From Cycas panzhihuaensis (Eukaryota; Plantae; Cycadophyta): a stretch of DNA of 64,000 nt. The notes beneath the pieces were generated by a model. The model saw nothing but the letters and a program-made list of their open reading frames with translations. It did not search any database and was not told the DNA's origin. Every line of letters starts with the position of its first letter. The stretch's first letter is position 1. Made by a program: the position numbers and the translations under genes. Below are positions 52,991 to 64,000 of this stretch, one piece after another. The stretch covers positions 201,755,741 to 201,819,740 of the forward strand of contig CM041465.1 in assembly GCA_023213395.1 (NCBI GenBank), read 5' to 3'.

Positions 52991-53845
52991 ATGATTACAC
53001 CAAGAAAGCCTGAGTGTACTTTCTAAAGAATAAGTCTAAAGTGTTCAATTGCTTTCATGAATGGAAAGCACAGGTCAAAAATAAAGGGTATAAAAGATAA
53101 AAATTTTGAGGAGTGATAATGGTAAAGAATATAACAATAATACCTTTAATTAGTTTTGTCTAAAGCATGGGATAAGGTGGGATTTTATAGTCCTGTATAC
53201 CCCACAATAAAATGGTGTCATTGAAAGAAAAAATTGTACCATAATGGAGATGGCAAGATGCACAGTGCATGCAAAAAATTTGCCACCGATGTTCTAGGCA
53301 GAAGCTGTTGGAACTACAGTGTATATTTTGAACTAAGTACTGACTTTGGCAGTTTGAGGCATAACCCCTGAAGAAAAATGGACCGGTTGAAAGCCTGCCA
53401 TTGACCTTTTAAAAGCTTTTGGATGCATAGCATATGCACATATCCCAAACGAAAAATGAAAGAAGTTAGAGCGTAAGAGTAAGAAGTGTATCCTTGTGGG
53501 TACAGTGATACAAGCAAAGCTTATAGATTGTGGGATCCAATTAAAAAGAAACTTCTTGTTAGTTGGGATGCAGAGTCTGCTAAGTCATTGGCGTATCATG
53601 TTGAACAACCATCATATGAAGAAGTCTTTTATCCACCATTTCTACCATTTCCATTAGGTTCAATTCTGCAGGAGTCAATTTCTAGGAATGTGAACTCAAT
53701 TCAACTAGTTGAAGAACCTATTGAACAAAGGGAAGATGGACCGAGTAATGCAGATAATGAAGAGTCATCAGAAGAAGAGGCATGTGAAACACCAGGTGCC
53801 TTAATGCCTATACAGGCCAAAAAGACTATTGAAGAGTTGGGTGTG
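52991..53845 (+). mobile_element. Integrase fragment of a second, different copia element
   Basis: DDYTKKA*VYFLKNKS, LRSDNGKEY, NGVIERKN, GYSDTSKAYRLWDP. Repeats the integrase core already present at 51500-51854, with a different sequence. Confidence 0.88.
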
Positions 53846-55853
53846 TGTTGTGAATAGATTTGACACCTGTGTGTTTTTGAAGGGGAATGTATGACAAAAT
53901 TTGGTTGAAACAGTGGATATTTTGTAAGGCAACCATTCAACATGCATTCAGGAAGAAGAACAAACGAAAAGTAGACAAAAAACATAACCATTTTGTGACA
54001 GGAACGCACTGAACAGTGAAACAATAAATGTTGTATAGCCAAGAGTGCATCGGGAATGGTCGCGGGATGGACTGAGCAAAGGGAAGGAATGTGGACCAAA
54101 CCATACAGACTAACGAATGGATTAAGCAACTAACAGAACAGATTAACCAACGAAAAAGCGTCCATTAAGGAAAGTGGACGGTTGTGACCTTTAGTCGCTA
54201 CCATTCCATAACAAGGGTGCATAGTGTATTTAAACACATCTGTTCATTGGAATGGATGTGAGAACCGAGTTAGTGAATTCCATGGCATGTTCTCAATGTG
54301 AGAGTCGAGTAACTGATCTGTTTGGGATCTGATCTAGTACAGATGACTAGTCAACCATGTACAGATAGAAATTTGATGTAAAATAGTGACTTGTCTAATA
54401 ATATTATAGAGTTACGTGGATATCATGTGTACTTAATGAGGAATGCATGGTGATTATATGTTTATGAGTATATTGTGGACTTATGTGGCTTAATTGATAA
54501 AAGATATGTATGTTGACCACGTGCACACACCCTAGACTACATTGGAAAACCTTGAGAAGTGGAGATCTCGCAGTAGGCAACAAATTTTAAGTCAACATCG
54601 GTTCGATTGCCTAAGTCCACTAGCGAAGGGAAAAAGAAAGCTGGAAACTCTATGAGTAAAGGACAAGTCACCCTGGCTGTCACAATGATGGCAGGCTCTA
54701 ACTAAGCCTAGACAGCCAGGGGGACTTTCCAATGCCGCTTAAATGGCCTTTGAAGGTGTAGGAGTCATAGACGAAACCTAAGGGATAACGGAATCAAGCA
54801 GGCAGGGAGCCTTAAGATGGTCCAAAGAGAAAAAGCTAAGGAGAGCAAGGAGATTAAGTATAGAGGAAAAGGAGGATCAAAGTGAATCAGTGGAAGGATT
54901 TGAGGCAAGTGGCATCCAGACACCATGGGATATAGAAAACAGAGGCCAAGGGGAGCCTATGACAATCACACTTGCTCAAGAAAAGTGTCACAACAAGGAA
55001 GAGGATACTGAGGATAAAAGAGAAGAGGAGGAAACAAAAGAAATAAGCAACCTTGAAATGAAACTAAGTTTGGACCCTACTGTAAAGGACCTAAGTGGTA
55101 ACAAGGAAAGGGCAGAGGAAGGTCCTAGGCACATTGGGAAAATCAGTCAATTAGACAACTATTTGGAAATCCACCAGAGGGAACTGAGGATCAATCACAT
55201 TTAATAACAACTCCAGTGGCATCAGAGATACTAGGAGTGCCAGGGTTAATACAGTTGAAGTCACCCATTCATAATCCACTATTTGAAAAAGGGAATAGTG
55301 GGGAAGAAACTCCACTAAGAAGACCCTATAAAAGGTTTTCAGAAGGAAAGGAGACCATCCCACCTCAAAGGGAGGAGAGAAGGAACAACTCCACAATGGC
55401 ACATCATAAAGAATTTGGGAAGCTTATCTTTGACAATTCTATAGATGCCGCAGAGCACATTTACCTATTCCAAAGATTAATAAACCTTGTAAAGATCACA
55501 GATGAAACTGAAATTAAAGAAAGATTTGCATATGCATTAAGAGGCGTACCATTAGCTTGGTACAAGCAATTGGACCCACATAAATCCTGGAGTAAATACC
55601 ACAACAATGACATTATAGAGTTAACCCTGAGGGAAATTCAACAAAAGCCTGGAGAATTAGTAGTGACGTACATCAGTAGAATAGACATGATGGCCTTTGC
55701 CATGACAGAAGGAGAGAAAATTACAGACTTGATTATGCACACCTTCTTTGTAAATGGATTAAACACTAAACTAAGGAATGCAATGGCCTCGCACCCATTG
55801 AAATCATACAAACATGCACAAGAATTGGCATTAGATTTTGAAAAGGAGATTGA

Positions 55854-58800
55854 TGTTGAGAATACAAGGTCCCAACCCTTCTACCGCCACCAAGATCTAA
55901 ACTATTCTTGCAACTAGTTACAGAAATCGAAACTAAAAATTACATGCAAGTTCTTAAACCAGAGATAAAACAAATAGACTGAACAAGAAAGCCAAGCACA
56001 CAAATACACCCGATATAACATGGTAAAACCCTAGCAATGTGCTAGGGAAACATCCACACAGGACAGGTATCGATCTTTATTGTCACAGGATGGAGAAAAT
56101 GTACATAATCCTGCAGCAGATTGCTCACAGCAACAACAACCAGCCGCCCAACTCCTTACTGTACATTGAACAACCTCAACATAATGAAATATGCCCTAAA
56201 TCGGGCTACATGAAAGAGTCATACAAGGCACAAATCTGGACCGTAGAATCTAGGGTATTTTTATTGGACGACCCTGATTCTCTTTACAATTTAATATAGT
56301 TTCCAGTGCTATTTTTTCGGGTCGGGGGCTATCACCCCCGAACCCCCTCTTATTGGGGGGCGTTCCACCCTCGCCGCACCCCCCTGGCCAAGGGGGGCTC
56401 CCGCCCCCCCCCTTGGAACCCCCCTTGGAAGGTTTGGGGGCGAAACTGCGCTGCCAACATGCCAAAATTTAAGCCTCCAACCATTGTTGTCACATTGCCC
56501 AACAATCTCCACCTTGACAACAATTTACCTGGTACCTTTCCTGGACCCTTCATCATCTTTTCTGCAAGCCAAGAGAAGTGGAACATCATTTACACTTCTC
56601 TAATGGTACTGGTTTTGTGAACATATCAACACAATTCTGTTTTGTATCAACCTTCTCAAGTGCCACTCCACCTGCTTTCACAACCTAACAAAATGGTACT
56701 TAAGAGCAATATGCTTTGTTCTACTGTGATAAGCTGGATTATTGGCTAAGTAAGTGGCACTTTGATTGTCACAAAATACCTTTACCTTTTCTTGTTTCCT
56801 TCCAAGCTCAACCAATAGACCTTGTAACCAGATTGCTTCTTTACAAGCATGTGCTACAGCAACATATTCAACTTTTGTAGTTGATAATGCAATTGTGCTC
56901 TGGAATTTTGACATCCAACTAACTGGACCATTTGCAAGAGTGAATACATAAGCTGAAGTAGACCTTCTCTTATCTAAATCTCCTGCAAAGTCTGAATCAA
57001 CATATCCACAAACCTCATTATCTGTACCTCCAAAGGTGATGCAATAGTCACTTGTGTCTCTCAAATACCGAAGCACCCATTTCACTACTGCCTAATGTTC
57101 CTTTCCTAGATTTGCCATAAACCTACTAACTACACTGACATCATGTGAAATGTCAGGTCTTGTACATACCATGGCATACATCAAACTTCCTACTGCTCTG
57201 GCATAAGGCACATGAGACATATAATCATTTTTTCCTTCATTACTAGGACTCATACTCAAAGAAAGCTTAAAATGGGAAGCCAATGGGATACTCACTGGTT
57301 ACATATTTGCCATACCAAACCTGGTTAGTACCTTCTCCACATATTTCTGTTGTGATAACCATAGCTTACCATTTTTCCTGTCTCTGTGTATCTCCATACC
57401 TAAGATTTGTTTTGCAGCTCCTAGATCCTTCATATCAAAAGTCCTAGCCAATTGAGCCTTTAACTTATTTATTTCTTCCATACTCTTGCTTGCAACCAGC
57501 ATGTCATCAACATACAATACCAAGATAATGAATAAGCCATTGTCCATAAATTTAAAGTAAACAAATTGATCATACTCACTTCTTTTGAAATTTTGGCTCT
57601 CCATGAAGGCATCAAACTTCTTGTATCATTGCCTGGGAGATTGCTTCAGGCCATACAATGATTTCTTAAACCTGCAAACAAGTCTTTTTCTGCCATCTTG
57701 TACAAACCCTTCTGGTTGATCCATATAGATCTCCTCATCTAAATCGCCATGTAGAAAAGTTGTTTTTACATTTAACTGCTCCAACTCCAAATCAAGAGAA
57801 GCTACCAATGCTAACAGCACTCGAATTGAAACAAGTTTGACAACTGGTGAAAAGATTTCATGAAAGTCAATACTTGCTTTCTGTGCAAAGCCTTTAGCCA
57901 CCAGTCTTGCCCTGCATTTGTCAACCTTTCCATCAACATCTGTTTTCATCTTGAAAACCCACCTGCAACCAACAGTCTTCCTTCCATGTGGAAGTTCTAC
58001 CAAGTCCCATGAATTATTTTTCTTCAACGCATCTATCTCTTCCTGCATAGCCCTCTTCCACTTCTCACTATGGATATCATCTACTGCTTCTTGATAACAT
58101 GTAGGCTCATCATCATTAGAAACCAAAGCAATAGAAGTAGAAGGGTCAGACTCGTGTGGATGACTAACTCGTGTAGATCTTCTAATTGTTGGCAGAGGAG
58201 TGTCCACATACTCCTGTGAATCTGCTGCAGATTCATTTTCAGAAAGATCTTCCTGCTCTTTTGATTCCACAGATGGCTGCATTTCAAACTTGACTTGTTG
58301 ATGTTCAACTTTCTGCTCTTGTTTCACTTCAACTTCTCCACTGTCTGATTTTACAAGGGGAGATTCATCAAATACAACATCTCTGTTAATGGTGATTTTG
58401 TGGGCAGTAGGATCCCACAACCTGTATCCCTTCACACCATCCTTATCACCATAACCAACAAAGATATATCTCTTGGATTTTGGGTCTAACTTTGAACGTT
58501 TACTTTTGTCAGTTCAGGCATAAGCATCACAACCCAAAACTTTCAAATTTGAATAATCACATGGATGTCCAGGCCATACCTCTTCAGGAATCTTGCAATC
58601 TATTGCAAGTGATGGTGACCTATTTACCAGATAGCAAGTTGTTTGAATGCCGCCATAAGCCCTGCTCCACTCTTGCATTACTTAGCATGCTTCTTGCTCT
58701 TTCCAAGGGCGTCCTATTCATGTGCTCAGCAATGCCATTTTGCTGCGGAGTATAGCTAGCGGTCTTGTGTCTTTCGATCCCAGCTTCTCTGCAATAGTTC

Positions 58801-61189
58801 TCAAACTCCAAGGAGTTGAACTCACCTCCATTGTCAGTTCTTAAGCATTTGATTGACTTACCAGTGCTGTTCTCAACTAGAGCCTTGAACTGCTTAAACA
58901 CATTGGAAACTTCAGATTTCCTTTTAAAAAAATAGACCCATAACTTTCTGGAGTAATCATCTATAAATGTGACAAAATACAATGATCCTTCACAAGATAT
59001 TTTAGGGGTTGGTGCCCACACATCTGAATGCATGTAATCCATAACACCTTTACTAGTGTGACTCCCTACTTTAAACCTGAGTCTACACTGCTTTCCAAAA
59101 ATACAATGTTTGTAGAAAGCCAAATCTGAAAGTTGTAAGTTAGGAAGTAACTTACGGTTTATCAGCACCTTAAGTCCTCTCTCACTCATGTGCCCAAGTC
59201 TTTGATGCCATAATCGAAATGGATCTTCTACGCCTCTTTGATCTTTGTAGTTGCATGGCTGACATCTGTACTTCCACTAATATGTAAAGGTTTCCTTTCT
59301 TTAAGGCTTTCATAACAACCAAGGCGCCCTTTGACATTTTTAGGACTCCTTCATGACCTGTATGCTTAAAACCACCCGAATCTAGTTCACCCAAGGAAAT
59401 CAGATTCCTTTTCAGATCAGGTACATGTCTAACCTCAGTTAATGTTCTCACTACCCCATTGAACATCTTAATTTTGATGCTACCAATGCCCACTGTCTTA
59501 CAAGAAACTTCATTTCCCATAAGCACATCACCACCATCAAGGGGTTGGTACGATGAGAACCAACTCTTGTGTGAACAAATGTGGTGCAAAGCACCTGAAT
59601 CTAATAACCAGTTATGGTGATAATGAAAAACATTACAAGCAACCAAGACATCATCATCCATACCTTGATTTGACTCCACTTGATTCGCCTCCTTGGCAGG
59701 ATCTTCCTTTTTTTGGAGCTCCTTCCTTTTGTAGCAATCCTTCTTGAGGTGGCCGGTCTTATTACAGTGCCAACACCTAAGCTTACTCTTCTTTCCTTTT
59801 GACTTTGACCTCGATGTATCCCTAGAGCTTTGTCCTTTATCAATTGTTCTACCCCTTACTGTCATAGCTTCTAGTGTGGAGGTTTCAAGACTAGACTTCC
59901 TCCTCACTTCTTCCATCAACAAAGCACTCACAACAAAATCATATTCTAATTCATCTGTAGTGCTAAAACTAATTGAGGTAACAATATTATCCCAAGATTC
60001 TGGTAATGAGCATAACAAGGTAACAACCTTGTCCTCATCCTCAATTTTAACATCGATATTAGCCAACTGACAAATAAGAGTATTGAAAACATTTAAATGG
60101 TCAGCAATTTTTGTACCTTCTGTCATCCGTAATGAGTACCTTTGCCTCTTCAAGTAGATTCAATTCGTCACTAATTTGGTCATATACAGGCCTTTCAACT
60201 GAGTCCATAATCTTGCTGCTGTCTGATCCGCTGCGATGTTAAATAGAACTTCATTTGCCAAGCACAATCGTATTGTGCTAAGAGCCTTTTTGTCTAGATC
60301 ATCCCATTCGTCATCATCCATCCTTGCGGGTTTCCTCGTTTTGCCTGCAAGAGCTCTGTACAAACCCTATTGTACAAGAACATCATACGCTTTCAGTTTC
60401 CACAACTCGAAGATGTTCTTGCCATTGAATTTCTCCACCTCGAACTTTGCACTTGCTAGTTTCGCCATTTGGTGTAGAGAAAGCCGACACCAAAACCTTC
60501 ACAAACTCACTGCAAAAATAAAAGTGGCTCTGATACCACTTGTTGAGAATACAAGGTCCCAACCCTTCTACCGCCACTAAGATCTAAACTATTCTTGCAA
60601 CTAGTTACAGAAATCGAAACTAAAAATTACATGCAAGTTCTTAAACTAGAGATAAAACAAATAGACTGAACAAGAAAGCCAAGCACACAAATACACCCGA
60701 TATAACATGGTAAAACCCTAACAGTGTGCTAGGGAAACATCCACACAGGAAAGGTATCGATCTTTATTGTCACAGAATGGAGAAAATGCACATAATCCTG
60801 CAGCAGAGTGCTCACAGCAACAACAACCGGCCGCCTAACTCCTCACTGTACATTGAACAACCTCAACATAATGAAATATGCCCTAAATCGGGCTACATGA
60901 GAGAGTCATACAAGGCACAAATTTGGACCGTAGAATCTAGGGTATTTTTATCGGACAACCCTGATTCTCTTTACAATTTAATATAGTTTCCAGTGCTAAT
61001 TTTTCAGGTCGGGGGCTATCGCCCTCGAACCATCTCTTAGCGGGAGGCATTCCACCCCCACTGCATCCCCCTGGCCAAGGGGGGCTCCTGCCCCCCCTTA
61101 GAACCCCCTGAGGAAGGTTTTGGGGGGAAATCGTGTTGCCAACATGCCAAAATTTAAGCCTCCAGCCATTGTTGTCACATTGCCCAACA
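55854..61189 (-). mobile_element. Complete Ty1/copia element of Tnt1/Tork type (5.3 kb) inserted in the gypsy gag
   Basis: LTRs at 55854-56504 and 60541-61189; perfect TSD ATTGA (55849-53, 61190-94); PBS GCTCTGATACCA 60527-60538; PPT ATCTCCACCTT 56505-56515. Confidence 0.97.
56560..60468 (-). pseudogene. Tnt1/Tork-like gag-pol polyprotein, disrupted
   Basis: MAKLASAKFEVEKFNG start; CWHCNKTGHLKKDC; WLLDSGA; HSDVWAP/FIDDYSRK; LYVDDML; GYVDSDFAGDLDKRRSTS; HSRTKHI. Several stops and frameshifts. Confidence 0.95.
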
Positions 61190-64000
61190 ATTGATACTAA
61201 AAGGATAGTCGATGACCCCGTTGTCATGAGGCTTTAGGAAGAAATAAAAGAATTAAAAATTAAAAACCTCAGTAGACCTTTCTTCCAATTGACCAAAATA
61301 GAAGAGAATTCAGAGATAGAAGCCCTCAGGAAAGAAGTGGAAAAATTGAAACTACAACAATTCAAGTACCGAGATAACTTAGGGGAAGATTCTGGCAAAC
61401 ATAGGGATCCTAACTCTGAGGAAACCCCTACACCTCGCTCTACCAAACACCTAAAGGTTAAGGTAGAAACCCCCCTCCCTATCCAAAATTCCCCCTTAGA
61501 TTCCCCAAAATCCCTTTTTGTTAATCCACCCAGTGAAATAGAGATGAATGATAATCTGAGAGGATTAATAGAAAATATTTACCAAACCAAACTCATACCA
61601 AAGGATAGGACAAATCGACAAAAACAAATGCCCTCATTCCAAGGGAAGAGAATGGAAGGTACAAATCACCTAATTCAATGCATGGAGCATTGGTTACATT
61701 ATAGGATATTAGATAAAACCCAACGGATTTTGGATTTTGTAACAACTGTCCAAGGCCAAGCATAGTGGTGGTATATAGCCCACCACCATATCCTCCAAAC
61801 AACCTACAATCAACATTCTGACTAAGGTTTGATCCACCACAAAACCTACTAAATTTAGGTTTCTTGGTAGGAGAATGCCCTAACCAACACCTCCTTAGAT
61901 GCAAAAACCTTTGGAAACATTGGAGTATCTCCAAACTCCATTGGAGTCACTTATTTATTCACACATTGGGTACATTGGCAAAAACATGGTTTCTAAAATA
62001 AGAACAAATCAAACTAGTAGCATGGGAACAAATAAAATACTCATTTACCAAGGCTTTTTTGTACTCCTCAAATGACCAAATAATACATAAAGTCTTAAAA
62101 ACATAAGGGACATATGCAAAAAGGTAGAAAAAAATCTAATGTCTATTGAAAACATCAAGGATACAGGGAACAACGATAATGAAGAAGGGGGGGAGAGAAG
62201 AGATCCTAAACCTACCCCTAGAATATATAGAAATAAGATACGAACAACGAAACATAGAAGCCATACCTACACACCAAACTGAGAGGAAAGCACAACATGG
62301 GGAACCCAAAGCCACCCAAATAAACCTTGGGACCAAAACAAAACCGAAAAATATTACCATCAGTGACTATTGAGATGAGAAAACGGTAGCAGAAGCACAA
62401 GAATTATTTGAAGAATATAAAGATGTGTTTGCATGGTCATATAGAGATCTCAAAGGAATCCCACCCGAGATTGGGATGCACCATATTGACCTAATTGAAG
62501 GATCAAAACCAGTCAAACAAAGACCGTATAGAATGAATCCATGATATAAGGAAAAAGTTAAAGCTAAATTAGATAAAATGCTTAAGGCAGGATACATATA
62601 TGAAATTGAATATAGTGATTGGGTAAGCCCTATAGTGGTAGTACCCAAGAAAAATGGGAAGATTCGAGTATGTGTGGACTACCGTCAGCTTAACAAAGTC
62701 ACAAAGAAAGACCCCTTTCCCATTCCCTTCACAGAAAACATTCTAGAAACCGTAGGAGGAAAGGAAGTTTATTCTTTCATGGAGGGGTTTAACAGATACA
62801 ATCAGGTGAGCATTACACTTGAAGATCAATACAAAACAACCTTTGTAACTGAATGGAGAACTTATGCATATTGAGTTATGCCATTTGGACTCACCAACGC
62901 CTCTGCAACCTTCCAAAGAATTGTACTTAACATATTCAAGAAATTAGTGGGGGAAATCGTCGCCGTATTCCTAGATGATTGGACCGTATATGGTATAATG
63001 AAAAACCATATAAAGAATTTGAGAACAATGCTATAAACCTGTAGAGAAAATAAGCTATGATTGAACCCAGAGAAATGTACTTTTCTAGTATCCTTCGACA
63101 ATCTTCTGGGACATGTGGATAGTAAGGAAGGATTAATGGTAGACCCAGTAAAGGTGGTAACCATTCTACATTTTACCCAACCCCAGAACCAGAGGCAAGT
63201 TAAAGGATATCTAGGGTTAACCGGTTACTATCACAAATTTGTAAAAGGGTATGCCCAAATAGCTAGGCCATTAGAGGATCTCCTCAAGAAGGAAATAGAC
63301 TGACAATGGGAACCGAAACAACAAAAACATTTGAAACCCTAAAGCGTGCAATAGCTTTAGCTCTTGTGTTACGTTTCCCAGACTGGAACAAAATATCTCA
63401 CGTACACGTTGATGCTTCCCAATATGCAATTGGTTGTGTTTTAGCCTAGCCCGGTGAAAATAACATGGACCGGCCTATATACTTTGCAAGTTGAAAATTG
63501 ACCAGAGCAGAATAAAATTACATGACAACGGAACAGGAAGGGTTCATAATGGTGTATGCCCTCCAAAAATTTCGTCATTACTTATTGCCGAATCCTTTTG
63601 TATTCTATGTGGACCATCAGGCGCTCATATATTTAGTTAACAAACCATTGCTAAGGGAATACATTAGTCAATGGCTCATGTTGTTTCAAGAATTCACTTT
63701 CTAGATTGTAATAAAATTAGGGAAAGCACATATCATCCCTAATCAACTTTCCCAAATCCACAATGGTGAAAAGGCTATAGGAGTATCGAATGACTTCCCA
63801 GATGGAACACTCTTTAATATTGAATCAGTCCCTATAGAGTGATATCAAGACATAATCGAATTTCTAGTCACAGGACAATGTCCTCCAAATATGGTTAAGG
63901 CCCAAAAACGAAACCTAGTAAGAAAAGCATAGCCTTACCAATTGATCGCAGGAGAGTTATACCGACTAGGGTTGGATGATGTTTTACGATGATGTATTCA

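Larger units (their letters stand above)
37918..64000 (+). other. Putative giant intron 1 (>26 kb), filled with transposable elements
   Basis: Donor at 37918. No convincing exon 2 ([D/E]PLFxDPY) found; nearly all sequence from 38.9 kb on is assignable to LTR elements. Confidence 0.55.
53846..64000 (+). mobile_element. Non-chromoviral (Athila-like) Ty3/gypsy element: 5' LTR ~53846-54541, gag, RT, RNaseH, start of integrase; runs off the window
   Basis: Gag 55216-55853 resumes at 61195. RT motifs DVFAWSYRDLKGIPP, RVCVDYRQLN, VMPFGLTNA, FLDD (~62970); RNaseH HVDASQYAIG (~63405) and FYVDHQAL. Confidence 0.92.

Noticed and set aside
55209-55230. TGGCATCAGAG as a PBS marking an LTR end at ~55208
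   Set aside because: Falls in gag-like coding sequence; the LTR end conserved between both family copies is GACTACA at ~54541

Overview
Eukaryotic (land-plant) nuclear DNA from a large, heavily methylated, LTR-retrotransposon-dominated genome. The element types and decay pattern suggest a gymnosperm, but this is inference. Layout: (1) 1-3.1 kb is a head-to-tail chain of decayed, same-strand host-gene fragments (P-class PPR, intronless eIF5A, C-terminus of a SAMHD1/VEN4-like dNTPase, plus unidentified coding-like pieces) ending at a polypurine tract and copia-type LTR. (2) 3.4-36 kb is old, nested, C>T/G>A-eroded Ty3/gypsy and Ty1/copia elements, including a chromodomain gypsy, a full-length copia and a 2.7 kb solo LTR. 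(3) ~36-37.9 kb holds a compound microsatellite block, a promoter and exon 1 (37695-37917) of a probably plastid-targeted SAM-dependent methyltransferase gene. (4) 37918-64000 appears to be a single giant first intron containing a tRNA-derived SINE, a Tc1/mariner-type MITE and a deep nest of younger LTR elements. Two of these are complete copia elements with TSDs (41041-48796, 55854-61189). Another is a gypsy element whose gag-pol has extra capsid-like modules and no recognisable protease. No intact full-length protein-coding gene, rRNA, tRNA or CRISPR array is visible. All alignments and mismatch counts were done by eye; protein-family assignments are from remembered motifs, not database searches.
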